Below the pieces are notes generated by a model, which worked only from the letters and a program-made list of their open reading frames with translations, made no database searches and was not told the origin of the DNA. Positions 1-10,319 of a stretch of DNA of 20,000 nucleotides are shown here, piece after piece. A program made the translations under genes and the position numbers. This stretch comes from Chiloscyllium plagiosum (Eukaryota), in the NCBI RefSeq assembly GCF_004010195.1, contig NC_057718.1, positions 22,777,903 through 22,797,902 of the forward strand, in the 5' to 3' direction. Positions within the stretch are counted from its first letter, which is position 1, and the number at the start of each line of letters is the position of its first letter.

Positions 1-810
1 ATCAATATCACTTTTAAATGAGCATTTGTGGGTCTATATCAATTGCTGTTTACAGCAGATAGATGCAAACTGCTACACATCTTTGTGTATAGAAGTGTTT
101 CCTAATGTCCTCACTGAAATGTCTAATACTAATTTTTAATTACGGAGGCACTGTGGATCAATGGTTAGCATTGCTGTGTCACAGCACCAAGGACCCGGAT
201 TCGATTCCAGCCTTGGGCGTGTGGTTTGCACATTCTCTCTGTGTCTGTGTGGGTTTCCTCTGGGTGCTCCGGTTTCCTCCCATAATCCAAAGCTGTACAG
301 GTCAGTTGAATTGGCCATTCTACATTGTCCACAGTGTTCAGATATGTTGGGTGCATTAGTCAGCAGTTAAATGTAGGGCAATGCGTCTGGGTAGGTTACT
401 CTTCGGAGGGCTGGTGTGGACTTCTTGGGCAGAAGGGCCTGTTTCCACACTATAGGGATTCTATGAACCTATGCCTCGTGGTTCTACATTCTGCAACCAG
501 TCTGTTCCCCTTAGTGGCCTGAAAACCTTGTTCAAATTTCCCATTAACTCATACAAAATTCCGGGGATGAGAACTCTCATTTTCAATTTCTCCTCGTAAT
601 CTAACACTTGGGGTCCAGGTAATCTTCTGATAAATTTACCCCTAGGTCAATATTTCCTTCCTCAGCGGTAGTGCGAAGAACTGTCCAAAATATTCAAGAA
701 TGTTCTAACTAAGGCTCTATATGGTTTAAAGATGACTTCTAACCCCATATTTTCTAATTCTGTAGGTATAAAACTCATACTTTGTCAGTCTTTTCGATTT
801 CATTTCTAAC
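1..810 (-). mobile_element. Old, diverged CR1 LINE 3' fragment, interrupted by an HE1 SINE (143-466); possibly resumes near 1857-1900
   Basis: Sequence on both sides of the SINE resembles the antisense CR1 ORF2 C-terminus (ctttgtgtatagaagtgtttcctaa...aattttta | ctatgcctcgtggttctac...gcgaagaactgtccaaaatattcaag). Confidence 0.6.
143..466 (+). mobile_element. HE1-type (V-SINE) tRNA-derived SINE
   Basis: A/B-box-like head (ggcactgtggatcaatggttagc...ggattcgattcc), V-domain core GTGGGTTTCCTCTGGGTGCTCCGGTTTCCTCCCA, and CR1-like tail gaagggcctgtttccacactatagggattctatga. Confidence 0.85.
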
Positions 811-811
811 A

Positions 812-1856
812 TGCGAGATGGCAAATAGTGGGGATAAATGAGTTTTTTTGTGGTTGGCAATCAGTGACTAATGGTGTGCCTCAGGAATCAATGTTGGGAC
901 CACAATATTCACAATTTACATAGATGATTGGAGTTGGGGATCATGTGTAGTGTGTCAAAGTTTGTGGATGACACTAAGATGAGTGGTAGAGCAAAGTATG
1001 CATTGAACTGTGAAACCTTGCAAAGGAACATAGATAGTTTAAGTGAGCGGGCAATGGTCTGGCCGATGGAGTACAATGTTAATAAATGTGAAGTCATCTA
1101 TTTTGGTAGGAATAACAGTAAAAACGATTATTACTTGAATGGTAAAAATTGATGAATGCTGCTATGCAGAGTGACCTGGGTGTCCTTGTGCATGAATCAC
1201 AGAAGGTTGGTCTGCAGGTACAACAGGTAATTAAGAAGGCAAATGGAATTTTGTCTTTCATTGCTAAAGGGATTGAGTTTAAAAGCAGGGAGGTTATGTT
1301 GCAGCTGTACAGGGTGCTGGCGAGGCTGTACCTGCAGTACCATGTGCAGTTTTGGTCTCCTTACATGAGTAAGGATGTATTGGCACTGGAGGGGGTGCAA
1401 AGGAGTTTCACTAGGATGAGGGGGTTGGCTTATGAGGAGAGATTGAGTAGACCAAGATTATATTCATTGGAATTTAGAAGAATGAACAGGACCTTATAGA
1501 AACATATAAAATTACAAAGGGAAAAGTTAAGACAGTAGTTGACAGGGTGTTTCCACTGGCAGATGAAACTAGGACAAGAGGGCATAGCCTCAAGATTAGA
1601 GGGTGCAGATTTAGGACTGAATTGAGAAGGAATTTCTTCACCCAGAGGGTTGTGAATCTATGGAATTCTCTACCTACTGAAGTAGTTGAAGCTTCCTTTT
1701 TGAATGTTTACAAAGCTAAGATACATTTTTTTGAACAGTAAGGAATTAAGGGTTATGGTGAGCCGGCAGGTAAGTCCATGAAAAGATCAGCCATGATGTT
1801 ATCAAATGGCAGAGCTGGCTCGAAGGGCCAAATGGCCTACTCCTGCTCCTAGTTCA
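812..1856 (+). mobile_element. 5'-truncated CR1 LINE (ORF2 reverse transcriptase C-terminal half plus 3' UTR), frameshifted
   Basis: ORF pieces 928-1152, 1149-1499 and 1547-1741 carry VSKFVDDTK (FADD motif), DLGVLV, VQFWSP and TRGHSLK...FFTQRVVNLWNSLP. An upstream GVPQxSxLGP motif is present, and the tail is gggccaaatggcctactcctgctccta. Confidence 0.93.
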
Positions 1857-2102
1857 TTCCATTGCATTTTGATGATCTACATGAATGAATTGCTAAATAT
1901 CTAGCTAGTGATCATTTGAACAATTCTAGTTGGGACCAATAGAAGGAAACTCATACTTTCATATTCCACGAGTTGTTCAATGAAGAAACCCAATAAAATT
2001 TCAATTTAGTGGTGACTTGGCAACTATGTTTCCCAAAATTACACAGCTGGAGTTAGCCTTGTGTCATGGAGAGATTGATTAATGTGATTTTAAAAAAGTT
2101 AC

Positions 2103-2620
2103 TGATTCTTGGGATGTGAGTATCGTTTGCAAAACCAGCATTTATTGTTCTTCCCCTAATTTCCCTTTGAGGAGTTGGTGTTGAGCTGACGTTTTGAACA
2201 GTCTTCACTCTGTCTAATTTAGGTTCACACCCACAATGCTTTTGGGGAGGGCTTTTCAGGATTTGAAGGAATGGAGACTCCTCGAGGGTCTGTGATTTGG
2301 AGGGAACCTAACAGCTGGTGGCTCTTCCATGCATCTGCTGATTTTGTCCTTCAAAGTGGCAGAAGTCATGGATTTGAAAGGCGCTATAGAAAGGGTCTTG
2401 GCATGTTGCTGCTGTGCTTCTGTAACCACTGCATGGCAGTGTTGATGGGAGTGAATAATTACGGTGCTGGACGGATTACCTTTCAAAGGGGCTGCTATAC
2501 TGCATTAACTATTTTGAGTGTTCCTGGATCTGCACTCATTCAGGTGAGTGAGGATTTGTGTCTTGTCAAGGAGAGCTCGAGTCACTTGCTGCAAAATGCC
2601 CTCAGAGGCAGTGTTTCCAA
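2103..2620 (-). mobile_element. Diverged 3' fragment of the tRNA-headed LINE family seen at 3549-5459
   Basis: gggatgtgagtatcg...accagcatttattgtt...ccctaatttcccttt is the reverse complement of the tail at 5385-5459. The upstream boundary is approximate. Confidence 0.7.
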
Positions 2621-2835
2621 TGTCAATGCATGATGCAACTGCCACAATCGTAAAAGGTGAAGTAACTGGATATGGCATTTTTCTCTCACAACTCCTATAT
2701 TTCTGTACCATAGTTTATGTCCTCCAAAGTAGCCAGGACATTAATTTCATCAATGATTGGTAAAGAACAATTCCTCATTCTCCATCATCTTTGGATATGA
2801 TTCAAAAGCTACATTCCTTCCTACTTTAATTATCA

Positions 2836-2931
2836 TTGAGTCATACAGCACATGAAGGCCCTCCAAGTCTGTACCAACCTTTGAACACTGCTTCCACTTT
2901 CCAGCACTTGGCCCGTAGCCTTGAATGTTAT
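2836..2931 (-). mobile_element. Short CR1 3' tail fragment
   Basis: gagtcatacagcacatgaaggccc...ccactttccagcacttggcccgtagcc resembles the antisense CR1 tails at 4504 and 14258. Confidence 0.55.
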
Positions 2932-4221
2932 TTGTCATTCTAAATAGAGTAGCTTAGTGTTGGTACCATCTCTGCTGTCAGCACTTATGTTCAAACTCTA
3001 AGGAATGATTGTGACATGCCCTTGGTTACTTTTGAGATTCTTTGCCAGTTGAAGGTGATGATATGTACAGAACAGCAGAAGAGGAGTGCTCTGTAATCAC
3101 AGTAGGGTGGGCTGGGGCATGAACATTAGCAAAAACAGGCTGACGATGTTGACAGGATCACTTGTGTGCTCTGTGCAGGAACAGAAGTCAGCACGGGTCT
3201 GTCTTTTGCCTGACAGGAAAGAATAAAACAAAAGGAAAAGATTTATTTTCCAGTCAAGGCAAATGATGAAATAGTTTACAATTAACCAACAGCTCGCAAG
3301 AAATTTGCGTGTTAACCAACTGCCAAAGTGAATCTAATGAGACGTAGATTGTTATAGTTGTTCACACAGCATTACATCGAATATCTGACATATACTTTGA
3401 TGTGAATGTTCAAAGAAATTTTCAGTTATTCGAATTCTGCCGCAGTAAAAGATTCTGCACCAAATCTGTCTCAGCCTGCCACAAATCTCCAATTCTCCCT
3501 GATCTTTGGATCCTTCCCCAACATATTATGGCTTTAGCTCTCTACAGCTAGTGGTATTATCACTGGATTATTAACCTAGAAACTTAGCCAATGTTTTGCA
3601 GACCCAGGTTCGAATCCCACCATGGCAGATGGTGGAATTTGAATTCAATGAAATAAATCTGGAATTAAGAATTTACTGATGACCATGACATCATTGTTGA
3701 TTGTCAGAAAAACCCATCTGGTCCCTGATACCCTTCAGGGAAGGAAATTTTCCACCCTTACCTGGTCTGTGACTCGAGACCCACAGCAATGTGGTTAACT
3801 CTCACTCGCCCTCTGAAATGGCCTAGCAGCCATTCAGATGTACCAATCGTGACAAAGTCTCAAAGAATTGAACTGGGCAGATCACCTGGCATTGAGCTAG
3901 ACTCCGGAAAAGACAATGGCCGAAACAGCCCTGTTAACCCTGCAAAGTCCTCCTCACTAACATCTGGGAGCTAGTGCCAAAATGGGGAGAGCTGTCTCTC
4001 AGACTAGTCATACTCACGGAATCATACCTCACAGAAACTGTCTGAGCCATCACCTTCACCATCCCGGATATGGACTGATCCAGCGGCAGGACAGACCTGG
4101 CAGAGGTGACGGCACAGTGGCTTACAGTTGGGGAGTTTCCCTGGGAGTCCTTTAATGACTCCAGATCCCATGAAGTATTGTGGCTTCAGGTTAAACATGG
4201 ACAAGGAAACCTCTTGCTGAT

Positions 4222-4314
4222 GCCTGATAAAGAGCTAATGCCCAAAATGTTGATTCTCCTGCTTTTTGGATGCTCCCTAACCTGCTTTGCTTTTCCAGCA
4301 CCACTCTCTCGACT
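4222..4314 (+). mobile_element. Short Penelope-like repeat fragment with decayed hammerhead motif, nested in the LINE
   Basis: cctgataaagagctaatgcccaaaatgttgattctcc...cttttccagcacc splits the LINE between (t)tgctgat and (c)tgctcat, a TSD-like pair. Confidence 0.65.
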
Positions 4315-4503
4315 GCTCATTACCATGTCTTCCCTCAGTTTTTGGATCAGTACTCCACCACGTTGAACAAGCACTGAGGCTGGCAAGGGCGTAAAATGTA
4401 GTCCAGCTGGAGGATTTCCATGCCCACAATCAAGAGTAACTCAGCAGCAGGGCTCCTGATTGAGCTGGTCAGGTCCCAAAGGACATCGCTGCTAGACTGG
4501 CTA

Positions 4504-4736
4504 CATAGCATAGAGTCATAGGGATGTACAGCATTGAAACAGACCTTTCGGTCCAACCCGTCCATGCCGACCATATATCCCAACCCAATCTAGTCCCACC
4601 TGCCAGCACCTGGTCCATATCCCCCCAACCGTTCCTATTCATATACCCATCCAAATGCCTCTTAAATGTTGCAATTGTACCAGCCTCCACCACTTCCTCT
4701 GGCAGCTCATTCCATACACGTAACACTCTCTGTGTG
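4504..4736 (-). mobile_element. Young CR1 3' end nested in the LINE endonuclease region
   Basis: The minus-strand ORF reads RVWNELPEEVVEAGTIATFKRHLDGYMNR. The tail is (catagagt)n-type, and the sequence is closely similar to 14258-14490. Confidence 0.9.
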
Positions 4737-6340
4737 GCAGGTGGTGAGGCAACCAACAACAGGAAAAATATACTTAACCTCATCCTTACCAATCCCCCAG
4801 CTGCAGATGCATCAGTGCACGGCAGTATGTGTAAGGGTGACCACGGCACAGTCCTTGTGGAGACCAAGTCCCACATTCACATTGAGAATAATCTCCATTT
4901 TGTTGTGTGGCATTGTCATCATGCTTAAGGGACAGACTTCAAACAGATCTAGCAACTCAAGATTGGACACCCATGAGACACAATGGGCCATCAACAGCAA
5001 CAGAATTGTATTCCAGTACAATCTGACAATCTGTAACCTCATGGCCCAGCATATCCCCCACTCAACCATTACCATCAAGCCAGGGAATCAACCCTGGTTC
5101 AATGGAGAGTGCAGGAGGTCATGCCAGGAGCAGCATCAGGCATACCTGAAGATGACATATCAACCTGGTGAAGCCATTTTCCAGGACTACTTGCATGCCA
5201 AATGGCATAAACAACAAGTGACAGAGCTAAGCAATCTCACAACTGACGGATCAGATCTAAGCTCTGCAGTCCTGCCACATCCTGGGTCAAAATCCTGGCA
5301 TTCCTTTCCAAATGGCATTGTGGGTCAACCCACAGCAGGTGGACTGCAGCAGTTTAAGAGGGAAGCTCACCACCACTTTCTCAAAAGGCAACTTGGGACA
5401 GGCAATAAATGCTGGCCAGCCAGCGATGCCCACATCTCACAAATGAGTGGAAAAAAAAAGCTGGCTCTTCTGAATGGTGCTCAGAGCAAGCCTCTCCGCC
5501 TATCCAGCTGGCAAGTGAGAAAGGAGAATTTAAAAAAAGATTGTTTCTGGTTACAGAATTGCCTCCAGCGATTTCCAGTTTTCCGCTGGGTAAAAATGAC
5601 TCCTTTCCCAATAACTGTGTGTATTGGGGCCTTTATGTCCTCTCGTGGCTAGGTGTTGAATTTTGTTTGTTATCACATCTTTGAAATACCCTTGCTTTAC
5701 TAAGTTGACGGTGCTACATAAATGCAAGCAGTTGCTGTTATTGCACAGAATAGCCTTTTGGCCCATCAGATCTGTGTTGACCCATCCATGCTAATCCCAC
5801 TGCAATCACTAATCCCACTATCTGCATAAATCTGTGCCGTGATTCCCAATCCCATGTTCCTTTGTTCAGATGAATCCATGGGGTAGAATTTTATGGTCCC
5901 ATTTGTTAGCCACTCACAAAACACAGTGCCAGTTCACTGCCCAGCCACCTGCCCTTGACCAAGGTGACTGGTGGCTCACACGCCCTTGGACTTGACATGG
6001 CCATTATTTCTTGAGGACGTTAGGTGGCCCATAAATTGCCCCTAAGTCCTCATCCTGTCGCCTCTACTATTTGAGCCAAGACTGGATGATACCAATACAA
6101 AGCAGATAGCTGAATAGGCCAGCTCAAGCCCTCCCCACTTGAAGCTCATACTCCCTTTAATCCTATTCATCTTGGTCTGTCAAATTCCATCACTACCCCC
6201 AAACTGCTCCTGTGGCTGGGACCTGCCAGCCAGGCATGGCTGATACCCTAGACCTACCTTAGTTCACGCATCCATTAGCTCCTTTTCTCCAATCATTATC
6301 TATGATCCCAACAGAAGCCATTGCACAAACCTGCCACTGC

Positions 6341-6523
6341 TGGGACTGCAGAGCTGCAATCTATCTAATTACCCAGCACCTCTGTAAGAAGGAGCATCCT
6401 CCCAGCAGGGGGCGCACATATTACCCTCAGCCAACACATACCCTACTAAATGTAAGCTGTCTGCGGAGCAGCTAGCATTGGCAGGTTTGTACTCCCCAAT
6501 AACTCTCTGGGTGATGGGCTGAG
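6341..6523 (+). repeat. Copy 1 of a 183-bp local direct repeat
   Basis: Ungapped alignment to 7617-7799 gives 23 mismatches in 183 nt by hand count (about 87% identity). Confidence 0.95.
6402..6415 (+). promoter_or_regulatory. CTCF core motif match CCAGCAGGGGGCGC
   Basis: Matches the vertebrate CTCF core CCAS(C/T)AG(A/G)(G/T)GGC(A/G)S. This is a motif match only; there is no binding evidence. Confidence 0.5.
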
Positions 6524-7616
6524 GAAACTCATTGTCTGAAAATGCTACCAGTAGGGTCAATTTTGGGAGGAACATTTTAACAGGCAGCAACTCAGCAATG
6601 ATTTAATCAACAGTGCATTTTGAAATCTGGAGGTATCAAAGGTACCTCAGTTTAATCAGCCTCTTGTCAGATTTGAGCAATATGTTGGCTGTATAAATCA
6701 AGGTCCCTTCCTCAATAGTGAGCTTCGAGTGGTCCCGCCATCATCTCATTTCTGACAAGACACAGGGTACAGGCCTTGATGTTTTTCTAATAAAGTTTTA
6801 GATATCTGTGTCATGCAAATTATACCATTGGAAAATCCACCAATAATAGAGTTGATATTCCAACTTCCTTATTCAACCTCATGAAATGAAAGAATGCGTG
6901 GGGTTTTTGAGTTACAATTTCCATTAAATTAAGCATCTAGGCCTTTTCCAGTAATGATGAGGAGATTGCTTCATTCCTGTGAGTGACACCATTCAGATGC
7001 AACAAAAACAAACCTAACAAAGTAGCTGCTAGTCAGATTTAATATAAGGTATTTGGAAAATTGATTCATTTCGCTCAATAAATTGTTGGAAATCATGCAG
7101 ATATCATTGGAACCAAATTGTAAAAGATCATTGCAAGGATTTCCTTTCAAAACAAAACAATTAAAAACATTGTTGCTTAATGATCCTTAAAATTAATTCC
7201 AATATGTGTAGATGTGCTAATAAACAAATCATCAGGCGTTTTGTCTTTGAGGAATACTTGGCTAAGTTTTGCTGTAAGTTGTGATTTTCTTTTTGATATT
7301 TTGCAAATATTGTCAGAGCTAGCATCTCTTGGCTCTTTTTTTCCCCCCACAATTTGGGCTCAGGTTGTGGGCAGTGCCAACTATGCCTAAGTTAAATACT
7401 CTAAAGATTCTTGTCCTAAAAAGGTGGTGGTGGGTCTTCTTTTGTAATTATTGTTTGATAACTGAATGGCCATCCTAAATCACCTCAAATGTCATTTACT
7501 TTCTCTTAATTCCATAGATGAATACAAGTTCTATTCTTCCTTACTCTTTATTCCTAGCAGAAGACTTCCTATGAAGTGTTTGTTATCAACATCCTTTATC
7601 AGGGACTATCAGTGCT

Positions 7617-7799
7617 TGGGACTGCAGAGCTGCAATCTGTCTAATTGCCCAGCACCTCTGTAAGGAGAAGCGTCCTCCCAGCAGGGAACGCACATATTGC
7701 CCTCAGACAACACATATTCTACTGAATGTAAGCTGTCTGCAGAACAGCTAACATTGGCAGGGTTGTGTTGTCCAATAACTCTTCAGGTGATGGGCTGAG
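7617..7799 (+). repeat. Copy 2 of the 183-bp local direct repeat, ending about 42 nt before an RYR2 exon
   Basis: About 87% identical to 6341-6523. Confidence 0.95.
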
Positions 7800-7841
7800 A
7801 AACAAATGTACAAATTAACTTATTTGTTTTGTTTCACACAG

Positions 7842-7902
7842 GCTGAACTCCATCGACGTCAAGTACCAGATCTGGAAGTTGGGAGTAGTATTCACAGATA
7901 AT
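7842..7902 (+). CDS. RYR2: Ryanodine receptor 2 internal coding exon (61 nt; equivalent to human RYR2 exon ~98), (x)LNSIDVKYQIWKLGVVFTDN
   Basis: Pyrimidine tract plus cacAG at 7840-41 and GTAGGT donor at 7903. The translation matches the RyR segment immediately before SFLYL, and it splices in frame to the next exon. Not in the ORF track because it is too short. Confidence 0.95.
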
Positions 7903-7961
7903 GTAGGTATCAAGTAGGGGACGGAAGCTAATTCAATTTTCAATGAAACACTTTTATAAAT

Positions 7962-8291
7962 GTGGATGACTCAATAGTTAGCACTGCTGCCTCACAGCAC
8001 CAGGGGTCTGGGTTCGATTCCAGCCTTGTTTGACTGTCTGTGTGGAGTTTGCACGTTTTCCCAGTGTCTGCATGGGTTTCCTCCAGATGTTCTGGTTTCC
8101 TCCCACTGTCTAAAGATGTGCAGCTTAGGTGGATTGGCCATGCTAAATTGTCCTATAGTATGCAGGTGAGCAGGAGCCATGGTAAATGTGAGATTATGAT
8201 GCTATGATGGGGGTTGGATTTGGATGGGATGTACTTCAGGGGGTCGGTGCAGACTTGATGGGTGTCTTTCTGCTCTGTACAGATTCTTTGA
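7962..8291 (+). mobile_element. HE1-type V-SINE
   Basis: tcaatagttagcactgctgcctcacagcaccagg...GGTTCGATTCC head, V-core tgggtttcctccagatgttctggtttcctcccac, and tail ctgtacagattctttga. Homologous to 143-466. Confidence 0.85.
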
Positions 8292-8539
8292 AATATAAGA
8301 ATGGTGTAAATGTATTCATCTTACAGCTCTGATAAAACTACTCGAGGAAGGAAGGCTGTTTTTATCATTCATTATAATTATTTCCATTTGTATGCGTGTC
8401 TGCACCTGCACAAGTTTTTCACACTTTTTTTTTCCTTACCACATTGTCTGCTTTTACAAAATCCTCTCAGAAAGGTGGCATGACCCATGATTCTATATGG
8501 CAATTGCACTCTATAGTTTACTCTCCAGGAGCTACCTAA

Positions 8540-8935
8540 TGCCATCTTAAAGAACATGATGCGGAGGAATCGGTGTTGGACTAGGGCGGACAAAGTAGAA
8601 TATCACACAACACCAGGTTATACTCCAATAGGTTTGTTTGGAAGTACTAGCTTTCGAAGTGGTGCTCCTGCATCAGGTAGTTAGTCACCTGACCAAGGAG
8701 CAGCGCTCCGAAAGCTAGTACTTCCAAATAAACCTTTTGGACTATAACCTGGTGTAGTGTAATCTTAAAGAACATTACTGAACCACTAGATTTTTAAGAC
8801 AACCCATAGTCACTTTACTGGTGACTGCTTTCCCATTCCATATTTTTATTTTTCATTGAAAGCAAGTTCTTAAACCTCCATGGTAGTATTCAACCTCATA
8901 TTTCCTAAACTACTTAGTGTAATAATCCACTAACC
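8540..8935 (-). mobile_element. Old antisense copy of the tRNA-headed SINE/LINE head, host of the 8558-8761 insertion
   Basis: cttaaagaacattactgaacc...tttttaagacaa...attccatattttt...ccatggtagtattcaacc is a diverged reverse complement of 3550-3740 and 9661-9790. Confidence 0.55.
8558..8761. mobile_element. Fold-back Penelope-like element (74-bp arms) with hammerhead motifs and a 14-bp TSD
   Basis: TSD ATCTTAAAGAACAT at 8544-8557 and 8762-8775. Inverted arms at 8605-8678 and 8687-8760 with an 8-nt loop. Confidence 0.85.
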
Positions 8936-9415
8936 TAGCCAACACACAAATTGACATTGCCATAATCAGAGCCTAAAAACTGTCTTAAAATTATTTTTCC
9001 TGTGCTTTTTTCTTGGATTTCACTCCCCAGTCCCTCAATTTAATTGCTTTGGAACCAATGTTTGTTGTTCCAGAATGGAGTTATCAGATAGCAATTTCCT
9101 TCTTGTGGAATTCTGTAATTGCCATGTTTTTTACATCATGCATAATTAATGGCTTAGTGAATTTACCAAAGCCAATTGGTTCAGTTTAATGTGTAAAATA
9201 TATTGGGGTTACCAAGCAGTTTATCAGTGGCCATTTGTACTCAAAACATCAAAGGTTGGAAAATCCAGGTCATAAATCTCATCTGAATAATTTGATACAT
9301 TTTTGAAACAAAACTCACTACTTTTACTCATGTAGTACTGTTTTTAAAAATTCCACTGACATAAATCCATCATGTAGCGAACTTTCTCAGTGGCAATAAA
9401 GGCAGTAACTAAAGG

Positions 9416-9941
9416 GGCCTAGTGCTATTATCACTAGACTATTAAACCAGAGACCCAGGTAATGTTCTGGGTTAACAAAAACAGCAGATGCTGGAAAAGC
9501 TGAGCAGATCTGAGGAAGGGCCACCAGACCCAAAACGTTAACTCTGATTTCTCTTCACAGATGCTGCCAGAACTGCTGAGCTTTTCCAGCAACTTCTGTT
9601 TTTCTTTCTGATTTACAGCACCCTCAGCTCTTTAGGTTTTTAATGTAATGAGGTCTCAGGCATGGCAGGTGGTGGAATTTGAATTCAATTTTAAAGAAAA
9701 CTGGGATTAAGAGTCTAATGGTAACCACAAAACCATTGCTGATTATCAGAGAAAAACCGCCCGGTTCACCCATGTCCTTTAAGGAAGGAAATCTGCCATC
9801 TTTTGTTGGTCTGGCCTACATGTAACCCCAGACCCAGAGCAATGTGTTTAACTCTAACTTACCTCTGAGCAATTAGGTGTGGGTAATAAATGCTGACCTG
9901 GTCACTGGCGTACACATCCTGTGAATGAAGTTTTTAAAAAA
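9416..9941 (+). mobile_element. Bipartite tRNA-headed SINE (LINE head joined to LINE tail), interrupted at ~9472-9643
   Basis: 9420-9470 and 9661-9868 align with 3549-3815. They are followed directly by gcaattaggtgtgggtaataaatgctg...cacatcctgtgaatga, which matches 5388-5450. Confidence 0.8.
9472..9643 (+). mobile_element. Penelope-like fold-back repeat with hammerhead motif
   Basis: aaaacagcagatgctggaaaagctgagcag is inverted to ctgctgagcttttccagcaacttctgtttt. Core CTGAGGA-A-GGGCC-ACCA-GACCC-AAAA-CGTT-AACTC starts at 9510. Confidence 0.75.
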
Positions 9942-10163
9942 GGTTTTGAAGAAAGCTTCCCTTCATTTTTCCTCATTTACAAATCTCTGATTGAACCTAT
10001 TTCAGGACTTGACTAATAAACCGTATTATTTATCTTCACTAAGTATTGCAACTGAAACTTTTTGATTTTGCAAAGATTGCCTACAGTTAAAAATTATCCA
10101 TTGCATTAATTGATGTATGGTGAGAATTCCGCTACAGAAACACCACAGCCATGAATCTCCATG

Positions 10164-10319
10164 ATTTGGAGATGCCGGTATTGGACTGGGTGTACAAAGT
10201 TAAAAATCACACAACACCATCAGGTGGTTGTGGATGTGATGAAGAAGCAGCTCTCCGAAAGCTAGTGCTTCCAATTAAACCTGTTGGACTATAACCTGGT
10301 GTTGTGTGATTTTTAACAG
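10164..10319. mobile_element. Second copy of the 8558-family fold-back element, with left arm internally deleted and a 12-bp TSD
   Basis: TSD TGAATCTCCATG at 10152-10163 and 10320-10331. Perfect 21-bp inverted repeat at 10199-10219 / 10297-10317. Confidence 0.85.

Larger units (their letters stand above)
3549..5459 (+). mobile_element. LINE (CR1/L2-group-like) with tRNA-like 5' head and APE endonuclease remnant, RT internally deleted, A-rich tail; carries two nested insertions
   Basis: B box GGTTCGAATCC at 3607-3617. Degenerate APE motifs: KVLLTNIW, ILTESYL, NILNLILTN, GDHGTVLVE and a KPGNQPWFN linker. At about 5283 the sequence jumps to the C-terminal GSKSWHSFPNG...AHHHFLK and the tail ggcaataaatgctggccagccagcgatgcccacatc...AAAAAAAAA. 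Confidence 0.85.

Noticed and set aside
3165..3200. Possible cryptic exon after tgtgctctgtgcAG
   Set aside because: No RyR-like translation and no convincing donor site.
3549..3625. Possible tRNA gene (GGTTCGAATCCC)
   Set aside because: No complete cloverleaf and no T-run terminator; it continues into a repeat body that recurs at 9416.
4666..5652. Longest ORF (328 aa) as a possible novel gene
   Set aside because: It is a chance read-through across antisense CR1, off-frame and in-frame LINE endonuclease linker, the deletion junction, the LINE tail and flanking DNA.
5680..6600. Additional old SINE tails (5680-5830) and a possible larger repeat starting GGGGTAGAATTTTA at 5880
   Set aside because: Too diverged to set boundaries or find matching termini by eye.
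8605..8760. Hairpins as pre-miRNAs, terminators or CRISPR repeats
   Set aside because: They are TSD-flanked dispersed repeats in a eukaryotic intron, with no repeat-spacer periodicity and no expression evidence.
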